From Hyphomicrobiales bacterium (lineage in GTDB: Bacteria > Pseudomonadota > Alphaproteobacteria > Rhizobiales > Rhizobiaceae), in assembly GCA_003963455.1 (NCBI GenBank), contig RXJA01000188.1, positions 17,854 through 81,853 on the forward strand: DNA of 64,000 nt, given 5' to 3'. The position numbers and the translations under genes are program-made. The notes under the pieces were generated by a model, which did not search any database, was not told the origin of the DNA, and saw only the letters and a program-made list of their open reading frames with translations. Numbering within the stretch: position 1 is the first letter of the stretch; every line of letters begins with the position of its first letter. This document shows, in pieces, positions 29,189 to 39,454 of this stretch.

Positions 29189-30845
29189 GGATTTCGCGCA
29201 CCAGCCCATCGGGCTGCGTGCCGACAGGCACCGGATCCAGCGCGCGCCGACCGCGCATCATGTCTGACGCCTTCTCCCCGATCATGATCACCGTCGCGTT
29301 CAGGTTGGCGCCCACGACATGCGGCATCACCGAAGCGTCGACCACGCGCAATCCTTCGATGCCGCGCACCTTCAATTGCGGATCGACGACGGCGTCCTCG
29401 CCCACCCCCATCTTGCAGGTGCAGGAAGGATGAAACTCGGTCTTGACCGAGGCGCGCAAGGCATCATCGATTTCGGCATCCGATCGCGCCGCCACGCCCG
29501 GCGCCACCTCCAACGTTCCCAACCGCTTCAAGGGCGCCTGCATGGCGATCTCGCGCGTCACCTTCACGCCCTCGCGCATCTCCACGACGTCGCGGGGATG
29601 CGAGAAGAACCGGAAATCGATCCTTGGCGCATCTTTCGGCGAAGCGCTTTTGAGCGCCAGACGCCCGGTGCTGCGCTGGCGCAGTTGAGACAGGTGCAGG
29701 GCGAAGCCGTGCGAGAGGCCGAAGCTGCCGTCTGGCCTCGAGTCGATCTTCATTGGCGCGACGTGGTAGTGAACCGTGGGCAGTTCGGAGTCCGCCATCG
29801 CCCGGGCAAAGCCGCCGATTTCCCAGATGTTCGAAGCGGCGGGGCCGGACTGCCGGATCATCCATTCCAGGCCTGCCCGCAACTTGCCGTAGGGCGATCC
29901 CATCCAGGCATGCGACACCGGTTCCGTGCAGCGGAAGGACATGCCGAGGTCCAGATGGTCCTGCAGATTGGCTCCCACATATGGCTGATCGAGCAGCGGC
30001 TCGATGCCGAAGCCGCGCAGGTGGTCCGCGGGACCGATCCCCGACAGCATCAAGAGCTGGGGCGAGTTGATCGAGCCGCCGCACAGGATGACCTCGCGCC
30101 GCGCCCGCAAGGTGTGGACTTCGCCGCCCTCGGAGTATTCCACGCCTGTCGCGCGCTCGCCCTTGATGACGACGCGGTGCACCAATGCGCCGGTCGCGAC
30201 GAAAAGGTTCTCGCGCGAGAGAGACGGGCGCAGATACGCGACCGCCGCGCTGCAACGCCGGCCGCCGACCTTGGTGCTGTCGAGCCGACCTATTCCAACG
30301 GCGTCCGGACCGTTCAGGTCTTCCACCAACCTGTGTCCCGCCGCGGCCGAGGCCTCTTCGAACGCGTCAAAGATCGGTGATCGCAGGCGCCCCCGCTGCA
30401 CATGCAGCGGCCCGTCGCCTCCACGGTAAAGCGAGGCGCCTCGATCGGATGTCTCGGACCGGCGGAAATACGCCAGGCAATGCGCGAAGCTCCACTCGGT
30501 CAGCCCTTGCGCCGCCCATGCGTCATAGTCGGCCGGATGCCCGCGCAGATAGACCATGGAATTGATGGAGGAAGAGCCGCCGAGAGTGCGCCCGCGCGGC
30601 ACCGGAATGCGCCGACCGGCGAGTTCCGGCTGTGGCTCGGACTCGTAGTTCCAGTTGAAGCGCGGGTCATGGAAGACCTTGTAGACACCGGCCGGGATCG
30701 CCATCATCAACGAACGATCGCGGCCGCCGGCCTCGAGCAACAACACCTGGCAGTCGGGATCTTCCGTCAGCCGCGCGGCCAGAACGCATCCGGCCGATCC
30801 CGCGCCGACGATGATGTAGTCGAATTCCCGTTCCTTTACGGCCAT
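29169..30845 (-). CDS. GMC oxidoreductase (choline dehydrogenase-like)
   Basis: GAGSAG, LGGSSSINSMVY, SPQLLMLSGIG, FHPSCTCKMG, GANLNA; last gene of the ABC operon. Confidence 0.88.
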   Translation of the reverse strand: MAVKEREFDYIIVGAGSAGCVLAARLTEDPDCQVLLLEAGGRDRSLMMAIPAGVYKVFHDPRFNWNYESEPQPELAGRRIPVPRGRTLGGSSSINSMVYLRGHPADYDAWAAQGLTEWSFAHCLAYFRRSETSDRGASLYRGGDGPLHVQRGRLRSPIFDAFEEASAAAGHRLVEDLNGPDAVGIGRLDSTKVGGRRCSAAVAYLRPSLSRENLFVATGALVHRVVIKGERATGVEYSEGGEVHTLRARREVILCGGSINSPQLLMLSGIGPADHLRGFGIEPLLDQPYVGANLQDHLDLGMSFRCTEPVSHAWMGSPYGKLRAGLEWMIRQSGPAASNIWEIGGFARAMADSELPTVHYHVAPMKIDSRPDGSFGLSHGFALHLSQLRQRSTGRLALKSASPKDAPRIDFRFFSHPRDVVEMREGVKVTREIAMQAPLKRLGTLEVAPGVAARSDAEIDDALRASVKTEFHPSCTCKMGVGEDAVVDPQLKVRGIEGLRVVDASVMPHVVGANLNATVIMIGEKASDMMRGRRALDPVPVGTQPDGLVREILNLRVA

Positions 30846-30908
30846 CCCGGCAGCCCCCATTGCATTTCTGTCCCGCTCCCAGCCACCCGCCGCAACCTGG
30901 AAAGTTGC

Positions 30909-32546
30909 TCAAGCCGCCCGCCCGGCGACAATGCCGTCCAGCCAGCCGACCGCCATGTCGGGTACAGAGTCGAGCAGCTTGCGCGTATAGGCGGCCTGGG
31001 GCTGGGCCAGGACCTGATCCTTGTCCCCCTGTTCGACGATCCGGCCGTTCTGCATGACGACGACGCGGTCGGCGATGGCGCGCACCACCTCGATATCGTG
31101 GGTGATGAAGAGATAGGAGACACCCAGGCGGGCCTGCAGCCGCATCAGCATCCGCAGCACTTCCGCCTGAACCACCTTGTCCAGCGCCGAGGTGATTTCA
31201 TCGCAGACGATCAGTCTCGGGTCCGCGGCGAGCGCGCGGGCTATGGCGATGCGCTGCTTCTGTCCGCCCGACAGCTGGCCGGGCGTGCGATCGATATGCG
31301 TTTCGTTCATCTCGACCAGCTTGAGCAGCTCCCGCACCCGTTCCTCGCGACGAGCGCCACGCAGCCCGTGATAAAGCGTCAGCGAGCGGCCGATGATCTT
31401 GCGAACCGTCTGGCGCGGATTAAGCGCGGTATCGGCGGATTGATAAATGATCTGGATCTGTTTCAGCGTCTCCAGCGACCGGCGGCGTATGGTGCCAGGC
31501 AACGGCTTGCCGTCATAGATCACCTCCCCTGAGGACAGCTCCTTAAGCCCGACGATGACGCGACCCAGCGTCGATTTTCCCGAACCGGATTCTCCGACCA
31601 AGGCAACTGTCTCGCCGCGCCCAACCTCGATATCGATCGAGGTCAGCACCTGGAAATCGCCGTAATAGGCGCAGAGGCCGGCCGCGGCCAGAAGCGGCGC
31701 GCCCTTGCCTCCATGCTGGTCGCCGTGGCCGACCGGCATCTCATGCACCGCCCAGAGGCTTTTCGTATAGGGGTGGACGGGCCGCTCCATGATCTGCGCG
31801 ATGGGCGCCTCCTCCACCACCTCGCCGTAGCGAAGAACCGCTACCCGATGCGCGACCTGGGCGACGACCGCCAGGTCATGCGTGATGTAGATCGCCGCCA
31901 CACGGTAGTTCTCGATGATCTTGCGGATCGAGATCAGGACTTCGACCTGGGTGGTCACGTCGAGCGCGGTGGTCGGCTCGTCGAAGATGATCAGCGCCGG
32001 GTTGCAGATCATGGCCATGGCGACCATGGCACGCTGCAGCTGCCCGCCCGAAACCTGATGCGGATAGCGCCTGCCGAAATTCTGCGGGTCGGGAAGCTGA
32101 AGCGCGTGGAACAGATCAAGCGCGCGTTTCTGCGCCGTTTCGCGCGTCAGGCCGCCGCGGTCGACAGCGACCATGATAATCTGGTCCATGAGACGATAGG
32201 CCGGATTGAAGGCCGCCTGCGCGCTCTGCGCGACATAGGCGACCTTGGTGCCGCGGAACTTGCGGCGCTCCTCTTCCGGAATGGCGAGTATGTTCTGTCC
32301 CGACAGGCGGACCTCGCCACCGGTGACCTTCGCGCCCGAGCGGAGATACCCCAGCGCCGCCAGCCCGACGGTGGATTTGCCGGCGCCGGATTCGCCGACA
32401 AGTCCCAGCACCTCGCCCGGGCGGATCGACAGGCTGACGCCGTTGACGATCTTCGACCACTGGTCGTTCGATTTCGCTTCTATCCTCAGGTCGACGATGT
32501 CGATGACAGGTACGGTCGGCATCGCGGTCACGGTCTGGCCCTTCAT
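30909..32546 (-). CDS. Fused double ABC ATPase of a Dpp-type importer
   Basis: Two Walker A motifs (GESGAGKS, GESGSGKS) and two signature motifs (SGGQLQR, SGGQKQR). Confidence 0.92.
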   Translation of the reverse strand: MKGQTVTAMPTVPVIDIVDLRIEAKSNDQWSKIVNGVSLSIRPGEVLGLVGESGAGKSTVGLAALGYLRSGAKVTGGEVRLSGQNILAIPEEERRKFRGTKVAYVAQSAQAAFNPAYRLMDQIIMVAVDRGGLTRETAQKRALDLFHALQLPDPQNFGRRYPHQVSGGQLQRAMVAMAMICNPALIIFDEPTTALDVTTQVEVLISIRKIIENYRVAAIYITHDLAVVAQVAHRVAVLRYGEVVEEAPIAQIMERPVHPYTKSLWAVHEMPVGHGDQHGGKGAPLLAAAGLCAYYGDFQVLTSIDIEVGRGETVALVGESGSGKSTLGRVIVGLKELSSGEVIYDGKPLPGTIRRRSLETLKQIQIIYQSADTALNPRQTVRKIIGRSLTLYHGLRGARREERVRELLKLVEMNETHIDRTPGQLSGGQKQRIAIARALAADPRLIVCDEITSALDKVVQAEVLRMLMRLQARLGVSYLFITHDIEVVRAIADRVVVMQNGRIVEQGDKDQVLAQPQAAYTRKLLDSVPDMAVGWLDGIVAGRAA

Positions 32547-32550
32547 CGTC

Positions 32551-33429
32551 TCATCCTTCCTCGCTCAGGCCGCTTGCCCGGTTCAGGAGCCAGTCGACGA
32601 CGAAGTTCACCGCAATGGCCAGAAAGGCGATGGCAGCCGCGGGAATGAGGGGCGTGATATCGCCCATGTTGATCAGCGCCGCATTGTCGCGGACCATCGA
32701 TCCCCATTCCGCCGTCGGCGGCTGGATGCCCACGCCCAGAAACGACAGGGCCGCGATATTGAGAAAGATGAAGCAGAACCTCATGCCGAGTTCCGACAGG
32801 ATCAACGGCAGGATGTTGGGAAAGACCTCATTGACCGCGATCCAAAGCAGGCTTTCCCCGCGCACCTTGGCATGTTCGACGAAATCCAGGCTCGCGACGT
32901 TCAGCGCCGCCGCCCGCGCGATGCGATAGAAGCGCGTCGAGGTCAGAACCGCGATGATCAGGATGAGGTTCGACACCGAGGAGCCGAAGATCGAGAGGAT
33001 CATCAGCGTGAAGATCAGGTCCGGAACCGACATCAGCGCGTCGACGAGGCGCGAGATCACCTGATCGACGATCCCTCCCACCAGCGCGGCGAAGACGCCC
33101 AGCAGGCAGCCGATGACGAAGGATATGGCCGTCGTGACCAGCGCGATCGAAATGGAATTGCGGGCGCCGAATATCAGGCGCGACAGGAAATCGCGGCCGA
33201 GCTGATCGGTTCCCAGCAGGTGGCTGGCGCTCCACGGCTCGAAGGGAACGCGCGAGACGACCTCGACTTCGCCGTAAGGCGCCAGCAACGGGGCGAAAAG
33301 GGCGACGAGGGCGTAGATGGCGACGACCACCATGCCGAACTTCGCGCTGGCCGGCGCGGAACCGACAAGCTTCAGCGCGCCCACGAACCGGCTGGGGGCG
33401 GCGGATCGGACTTCAAGGCCTTGCTGCAT
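32551..33429 (-). CDS. Dpp-type ABC permease (DppC-like)
   Basis: HLLGTDQLGRDFLSR, AALSFLGVG, PTAEWG; start MQQGL (33429). Confidence 0.9.
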   Translation of the reverse strand: MQQGLEVRSAAPSRFVGALKLVGSAPASAKFGMVVVAIYALVALFAPLLAPYGEVEVVSRVPFEPWSASHLLGTDQLGRDFLSRLIFGARNSISIALVTTAISFVIGCLLGVFAALVGGIVDQVISRLVDALMSVPDLIFTLMILSIFGSSVSNLILIIAVLTSTRFYRIARAAALNVASLDFVEHAKVRGESLLWIAVNEVFPNILPLILSELGMRFCFIFLNIAALSFLGVGIQPPTAEWGSMVRDNAALINMGDITPLIPAAAIAFLAIAVNFVVDWLLNRASGLSEEG

Positions 33430-33440
33430 GGCTTTCTCCC

Positions 33441-34406
33441 TCAACGCGGATGCAGCAGGCGCGGATTGCTGACGATCGAGATGATGTCGGCGATCAGGTT
33501 GAAACCGATATAGGCCGCGGCGAAGATCAGCGCGCAGGCCTGGATGACCGGAACGTCGCGATTGCGCACCGCATCGATCATCGCCTGGCCGACGCCGGGG
33601 TAGACGAACACGACTTCGATCACGACGACGCCCGAGATCAGGTAGGCAAGGTTCAGCGCGACCACGCTGGCAATGGGGCCGATCGCGTTGGGCAGCGCCT
33701 GGCGCACGACGACGCGTTTTTCCGGCTCGCCCTTGAGGCGTGCCATCTCGACATAGGGGCTGGCCATGACCGACAGGATCGCCGCGCGCGTGTTGCGCAC
33801 CATATGCGCCAGGATGACCAGCAGGAGGGTGAGGATCGGCAGCACCATGCGATAGAGCTGCTCGCCCAACCCCATGCCGTTGCGGATGCCGGCCATCGAC
33901 GGGAACAACTGCAGCTTCACGGCCAGGACCATCATGACGACATAGGCCACGAAGAACTCTGGGATCGAGATCGAGGCCAGCGTCGAGGTCGACAGGAACT
34001 TGTCGATGAACCGGCCCCGATAGCGGGCGCAGACGACGCCCAGCGCGATCGACAGCGGCACGGCGATTGCCGCGGTGATCGCGGCCAGGACGAGGGTGTT
34101 CTTCAGGCGCGGCCCGATCAGCATCATCACCGGCCGCCCGGAGAACGAAAGTCCCATGTCCCCGGTCGCCGCCGCCCCCAGCCATGCGAGATAACGCAGG
34201 AACCATGGGCGGTTCAGCCCGAGCTTTGCCTCCATCGCCGCGATCGCCGCCGGCGTGGCGTTCTGGCCGAGAATGGCGGAGGCATAGCTGCCGGGCAGGA
34301 AGCTGACGGCTGAGAAGATGAGCAGGGAGACGATCAGCAGGCTGAGGAGTCCCAAGCCGATCCGGCTCGCCGCCATGGACAGGATCGGGTGGGATTTCTT
34401 CGTCAT
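33441..34406 (-). CDS. Dpp-type ABC permease (DppB-like)
   Basis: LPGS, GLNRP, GDMGLS, MARLKG EAA loop, RDVPVIQ; start MTKKS (34406). Confidence 0.9.
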   Translation of the reverse strand: MTKKSHPILSMAASRIGLGLLSLLIVSLLIFSAVSFLPGSYASAILGQNATPAAIAAMEAKLGLNRPWFLRYLAWLGAAATGDMGLSFSGRPVMMLIGPRLKNTLVLAAITAAIAVPLSIALGVVCARYRGRFIDKFLSTSTLASISIPEFFVAYVVMMVLAVKLQLFPSMAGIRNGMGLGEQLYRMVLPILTLLLVILAHMVRNTRAAILSVMASPYVEMARLKGEPEKRVVVRQALPNAIGPIASVVALNLAYLISGVVVIEVVFVYPGVGQAMIDAVRNRDVPVIQACALIFAAAYIGFNLIADIISIVSNPRLLHPR

Positions 34407-34470
34407 GCGTCGCGCTCTCCGCTCGTTCGCTCGCTTGCGTGATGTCTCTGCGCCGCCGGCATGCGCATGA

Positions 34471-36072
34471 TCATGCGTCCGTCCGCCACCAGCGCTCGGC
34501 CCCGCGATGATTGTCGGCCGGCAGGATGCCGCCCAATGTCGCATGACCGATATCCGTCGTCATGGCGAGACGCCAGGAGACGAAGGCCACGGTGATCAAC
34601 CCGCCCTCGTCATGCAGCATCTGTTGCGCCTCCGCATAGGCCTTGGCGCGCTTTGCCTGGTCCATCTCGGCGCGCGCCGATTTGACGAGCGCATCGAAGG
34701 CGGGCTTCTTGAAGCCGGTGTTGTTCCAAGGCGCGTCCGATGTGTAAGACGTGGCGAACAGCCAGTCGAGCGTGACGCGGCCGTACCAGTCGGAAGCGTT
34801 GAAGGGTTTCTTCAGCCAGACATTGTCCCAGTAGCCGTCGTCGGCTTCCTGGACGATGTTCACGGTGATCCCGGCCTTGGCCGCATGTTCCTTGAACAGA
34901 ACCGCCGCGTCGACGGCACCGGGGAAAGCGGTTTCGGCGACCGACAGATCGACCGTCACATTGTCCAGCCCCGCCTCCTTCAGGACGGCCTTCGCGGCCT
35001 CCGGGTCATAGGCGTATTGAGGCGGCGTTTCGGCGTAGAACGGCATGATCGAGGCCGCCGGATTGTCGTTGCCTCTCTTGGCTTCACCCAGGAAGACCTT
35101 GGCGATGATGTCGTCGCGGTCGATGGCGAGCTTCAGCGCCTTGCGTACCGCTGGATTGTCGTAGGGCGCGACGGAGCAGTTCATATCGAACGTCAGATGC
35201 CGCAGGCTGGGCGTGCGAACGACCTTCAGGCGATCATTCCGTTCGACCATCGCCACGTTGCGGATATCGACATCCTCGATCACGTCGACCTCGCCCGTCA
35301 TCAACGCATTGAGCCGGGCAGTGGCATCGGGAATGTTCACCACCTCCACCTCGTCGAAATGAGGCAGGCCGGGTTTGTGGTAATCGGGGTTGCGCTTCAG
35401 CCGGATCGCGATGCCGGGTTCGAAGCTCTCCAGCTTGAACGCGCCCGTCCCGATGCCGCTTTGCCAGTCGATGCCGCCACCCTGGCGGGCCGGAAAAATC
35501 GACAGGTGATAGTCCGACATCAGATAGGGAAAATCGGCATTGCCCTCGACAAGGGTGAATATGACCTTGTCATCGCCTTCCTTGTCGATCTGCTTGATCT
35601 GTTTCACGATGGCCAGCGCACCGGAAGTGCTGCCTTCGCCCATGTGATGCAGAAGCGATTGACGCACGTCCTCGGGCGCCAGGGGACGGCCGTCGTGAAA
35701 CTTCACGCCCTTGCGCAGGGTGAAGGTCCAGCGCGTGGCACCCTCCTCGCCCGTCCAGCTTTCGGCGAGATCGCCGGCAAGCGAGCCGTCCGGCAGCAGT
35801 TCCACGAGATTGTTGCAGAGTGACCCGTTGAAGGCAAAGCCGGTCATCACCGTCGCCCAGCTCGCCGGGTCGAGCGTGTCCTGCTGCGAACCGTCATTCA
35901 TGCCATAGCGCAGCTTGCCGCCTTGCCTGGGCTTGTCCTGGGCCCAGGACAGGCCTGGAAAGGCAACCATGCCGGCAGCCGCGCTTGCTCCCACCAGAAA
36001 ACGCCGTCGCGTCGGCGCCAAGCCGCTGGACGCAGCGGGACGTTCACGATTTTCGATATTCTGCCGCTCCAT
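34471..36072 (-). CDS. Family 5 ABC substrate-binding protein with Tat signal (paralog 2)
   Basis: TRRRFL signal, DLAESW, LRKGVKFHDG, ERWW C-terminus; GGAGGA RBS before ATG 36072. Confidence 0.9.
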   Translation of the reverse strand: MERQNIENRERPAASSGLAPTRRRFLVGASAAAGMVAFPGLSWAQDKPRQGGKLRYGMNDGSQQDTLDPASWATVMTGFAFNGSLCNNLVELLPDGSLAGDLAESWTGEEGATRWTFTLRKGVKFHDGRPLAPEDVRQSLLHHMGEGSTSGALAIVKQIKQIDKEGDDKVIFTLVEGNADFPYLMSDYHLSIFPARQGGGIDWQSGIGTGAFKLESFEPGIAIRLKRNPDYHKPGLPHFDEVEVVNIPDATARLNALMTGEVDVIEDVDIRNVAMVERNDRLKVVRTPSLRHLTFDMNCSVAPYDNPAVRKALKLAIDRDDIIAKVFLGEAKRGNDNPAASIMPFYAETPPQYAYDPEAAKAVLKEAGLDNVTVDLSVAETAFPGAVDAAVLFKEHAAKAGITVNIVQEADDGYWDNVWLKKPFNASDWYGRVTLDWLFATSYTSDAPWNNTGFKKPAFDALVKSARAEMDQAKRAKAYAEAQQMLHDEGGLITVAFVSWRLAMTTDIGHATLGGILPADNHRGAERWWRTDA

Positions 36073-36195
36073 AGGTTCCTCCAGCGAACAGCAACACACT
36101 TCATGCGGATATCCGGCACGCCCATTCGGCCGCCGGTGCGCGCGAACGCACGGCGACCGCGACAAGCAGGATCCGCCCCGATCAGTCATGAGAGC

Positions 36196-36217
36196 GGGCG
36201 GGCGCCCGCGCCCGCCC
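36196..36217. terminator. GC-rich hairpin downstream of the first binding-protein gene (mRNA stabiliser or partial terminator)
   Basis: GGGCGGGCG-CCCG-CGCCCGCCC, 18 bp past the stop at 36236 on the minus strand; no U-tract. Confidence 0.5.
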
Positions 36218-36235
36218 CGATGGCGTCAAACAGTC

Positions 36236-37843
36236 TCAGGCCTTGAGCCACCAGCGCTCGCACATGCGCATATTGTCGAGCGGCATCAGGCCGCCCACCT
36301 TGTCGTAGCCGAGCTTGTTGGAGACGCCGTTGCGCCAATCGACGAAGGCAACGGTCAACAGGTTGCCGTCGTCGTGGATGATCTGCTGCGCCTCGGCGTA
36401 GTAAGCCGTACGCTTGGCGTCATCCGTCTCGACCCGCGCCTTCTCGCACAGTTCATCGAAGCGCGCGCTCGACCAGCCCGCGTTCCACGGCGCCTTGGAC
36501 GTGTAGATCGTCGAGAACAGCCAGTCGATCGTTGCCCTCCCAAACCAGTCCACGCCGGCGAAACTCTTCTTGAGCCAGACGTTCTCCCAATAGCCGTCGG
36601 CCGCCTCGCGCACGACATTGATGTTGATGCCGGCCTTGGCGGCATGTTCCTGATAGAGAACCGCAGCGTCGATGGCGCCGGCAAAGGCGTTGTCGGCGAC
36701 GTGAAGATCCACCGAAACGCTGGTCAGCCCCGCCTTGGCCAGGTGCTCCTTGGCCTTCTCGATGCTGTAATCGCGCTGCGGCATCTCATGATAGTATTTC
36801 ATGATCGAGGACACCGGGTTGTCGTTGCCCTTGCGCCCCTCGCCCAGGAATACCTTCTCGATGATGTCGTCGCGGTCGAGCGCGTATTTCAGCGCCAGGC
36901 GGACGTCGGGATTATCGAACGGCGCCACGCGCGTATCCATGTCGAAGGAGAAATGCCGCAGGCTCGGCACGCGCTGGACGGTGAAGTCGGAACTGCGCTC
37001 GACCATCGGGACATTGCGGATATCGAGATCCTGGATGAAATCCACCTCGCCCGTCAGCAAGGCATTGAGCCGCGCCGTCGCGTCGGGAATGGAGATGAAC
37101 TCGACCTCGTCCAGATAGGGCTTGTTGTTCTTGTGATAGTTCGGGTTGCGCTTCAGCCGGGTTGCGATGCCGGGTTCGAAGCTGTCGAGAAGAAAAGCGC
37201 CGGTTCCCTTGCCCGACTGCATGTCGATGCCGCCACCCTCCGTCGCAGGAAATATCGACAGGTGATAGTCCGACATCAGGTACGGAAAATCGGCGTTGCC
37301 GCCGGCGAGCTTGAAGATGACCGTATCGGCGCCATCAACATCGATCGCCGAAATCTGCTGAACGATGGCCCGGGCGCCCGACGTCGAGTCCGGCTTCATA
37401 TGATGCTGGAACGATTGGCGCACGTCCTCCGGCGTCAGGCTCTTGCCGTTGTGGAAAGTAACTCCCTTCCTCAGCTTGAAGCGCCAGGTCGCGGCGTTGT
37501 TCTCCTGCTCCCAGCTTTCGGCGAGATCGGGAGCGACTTCACCATCGGGCAGGATCTCCACCAGGTTGTTGTAGACGCCGCCGTTGAAGCTGGCTCCCGT
37601 CCAACTGGTGGACCAGGTGCCCGGGTCGAGATTGTCGTTCTGCGATGCATTGTGGAGTCCCAGCCGCATCTTGCCGCCTTTCTGGGGCTCCGCGGCCTGG
37701 GCCAGCGACATGCCCGGCATGGTCATGACCGCGCCGGCGGCCACGAGCGCCGAGCCCCGCGACAGAAACTCGCGGCGGGAAATGGCGCCGCTCCGCAGCT
37801 TGCGGGCCAGATCATCCATCTGGCGCCGATCCGATTCATTCAT
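36236..37843 (-). CDS. Family 5 ABC substrate-binding protein with Tat signal (paralog 1)
   Basis: SRREFL signal, DLAESW, LRKGVTFHNG, ERWW C-terminus; start MNESD (37843). Confidence 0.9.
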   Translation of the reverse strand: MNESDRRQMDDLARKLRSGAISRREFLSRGSALVAAGAVMTMPGMSLAQAAEPQKGGKMRLGLHNASQNDNLDPGTWSTSWTGASFNGGVYNNLVEILPDGEVAPDLAESWEQENNAATWRFKLRKGVTFHNGKSLTPEDVRQSFQHHMKPDSTSGARAIVQQISAIDVDGADTVIFKLAGGNADFPYLMSDYHLSIFPATEGGGIDMQSGKGTGAFLLDSFEPGIATRLKRNPNYHKNNKPYLDEVEFISIPDATARLNALLTGEVDFIQDLDIRNVPMVERSSDFTVQRVPSLRHFSFDMDTRVAPFDNPDVRLALKYALDRDDIIEKVFLGEGRKGNDNPVSSIMKYYHEMPQRDYSIEKAKEHLAKAGLTSVSVDLHVADNAFAGAIDAAVLYQEHAAKAGININVVREAADGYWENVWLKKSFAGVDWFGRATIDWLFSTIYTSKAPWNAGWSSARFDELCEKARVETDDAKRTAYYAEAQQIIHDDGNLLTVAFVDWRNGVSNKLGYDKVGGLMPLDNMRMCERWWLKA

Positions 37844-37933
37844 GGGTTCACCCTCTTGGATTTGTCGGTTGATACTCAGGCCGCTTCTTCGTTCCGGCGG
37901 CATTGCGATTTACACTAATTGGAAACGCGAAAC

Positions 37934-37962
37934 TGTCAACAAACTGATTGACCAATCAATCA
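37934..37962. promoter_or_regulatory. BetI-like operator next to a minus-strand -35 box
   Basis: TGATTGA-CCAA-TCAATCA (37945-37962, perfect 7-bp arms) preceded by TGTCAA (TTGACA on the minus strand), with TAGTGT 16 bp further along the minus strand. Confidence 0.7.
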
Positions 37963-38012
37963 TACGTCGGTCAAAATATCGCATCTTTGAACCGCTCGGA
38001 CCAGGGGATGCC

Positions 38013-39446
38013 ATGCCGGACAGCGACCTTGCCTATATCGGCGCATCTGAAGCGTTGCGCATGTTCCGGAGCGGTCAATTGTCGCCCGTGGAGCTGCTCG
38101 AGGCGCAACTGGCGCGCATAGCCGCGAGCGCGAAAAGCCTCAATGCCGCCTGCTTCACCTACGCGGACGAAGCTCTGGAGCAGGCGCGGCGCGCCGAGGC
38201 TCGCTATGCCGCGCGCGCGCCGGATCTGCGCCCGCTGGAGGGCATCATGACCGCCCTCAAGGACGAAAACATGATGGCCGGCAAAATCACGACCTACGGC
38301 TCGCTTCTCTACGCCGATAAAGTCGCCTCGACCAATGCCCCGGTCGTGCAGCGCCTGCTGGACGCCGGCGCGATCGTGCATGCCCGCACCACGACGCCGG
38401 AATTCTCCTGCGCGCCGTTCTGCCATTCCCGCCAGTGGGGAATCACCCGCAATCCATGGAACGCCGATTTCACCCCCGGCGGCTCGTCGGGCGGCTCGGG
38501 GGCGGCGCTGGCGGCCGGCCTGACGACGCTGGCGACAGGCTCCGACATCGGCGGCTCCATCCGCATTCCCGCCTCGGCCTGCGGCGTCGTCGGCTTCAAG
38601 CCTCCTTATGGGCGTGTGCCGTCCACGCCCCCTTTCAACCTCGACCACTACAATCATCCCGGCCCCATGGCGCGAACAGTCGAGGATTGCCTGCTGATGC
38701 AGAATGTCCTGGCGGGTCCTCATCCCCAGGACATAGCTTCGCTGAAACCCAAGCTGGAACTGGCGGTCGATCGTCGCGGGATCCGGGGTTGGAAGATCGC
38801 CTACTCGCTCGATTTCGGTTTCATGGAGATCGATCCCGACGTTCGCGCCAACACTTTGCGGGCGGTCGACACCTTCCGCTCCCTGGGAGCCGAAATGGTC
38901 GAAGTCGACCTGCCCTGGTCATGGGAGGTCTACCAGGCCGCCGCGACCCACCACGCGACGCTGTTCGGCGCCTGGCTCGCGGAATATCTGGACGATCGCC
39001 AGTCAAGCCTGACAAGCTATGCCGCCGACTTCGCCCGCAAATCCCTGACGGTGACGACGCGCGATTTTCTTGCAAGCCTCGATGTCGAGGGGCGCGTCTA
39101 CGCGCATTTCGGCCCGCTGATGGAAGAGCACGATCTCTTTCTCTGCCCGACCTTGGCGGTGCCCGCGGTCGAGGCCGATTTCGAGATGAGCGACCCGCTG
39201 CTGATAAACGGCAAGCCGATCGATTCCTATCTGGGCTGGACCATGGCATGGCCCTTCAACATGCTGAGCCGTTGCCCGGTGCTCGCCCTCCCCTCGGGAC
39301 ACGCCGGAACCGGAGTGCCCACGGGCATCCAACTGGTCGGCCGCACCTATGACGACGAGGCTGTCTTCCGCGCCGGTTTCGCGTACGAAAGCGCCGTGGG
39401 CGGCTGGTTCACCACATCCCAAACACGCCCCGACCTGCCCTTCTGA
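38013..39446 (+). CDS. Amidase signature family enzyme
   Basis: LKD (Lys), TPGGSSGGSG, GSDIGGSIRIPAS Ser-Ser-Lys triad; start MPDSD (38013). Confidence 0.92.
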   Translation: MPDSDLAYIGASEALRMFRSGQLSPVELLEAQLARIAASAKSLNAACFTYADEALEQARRAEARYAARAPDLRPLEGIMTALKDENMMAGKITTYGSLLYADKVASTNAPVVQRLLDAGAIVHARTTTPEFSCAPFCHSRQWGITRNPWNADFTPGGSSGGSGAALAAGLTTLATGSDIGGSIRIPASACGVVGFKPPYGRVPSTPPFNLDHYNHPGPMARTVEDCLLMQNVLAGPHPQDIASLKPKLELAVDRRGIRGWKIAYSLDFGFMEIDPDVRANTLRAVDTFRSLGAEMVEVDLPWSWEVYQAAATHHATLFGAWLAEYLDDRQSSLTSYAADFARKSLTVTTRDFLASLDVEGRVYAHFGPLMEEHDLFLCPTLAVPAVEADFEMSDPLLINGKPIDSYLGWTMAWPFNMLSRCPVLALPSGHAGTGVPTGIQLVGRTYDDEAVFRAGFAYESAVGGWFTTSQTRPDLPF

Positions 39447-39454
39447 GGTTAGCC

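Noticed and set aside
29169-30845. Calling the GMC enzyme betA and the TetR betI as a choline locus
   Set aside because: No betB or choline transporter adjacent; context is a Dpp-type importer and amidases, so gene symbols were withheld
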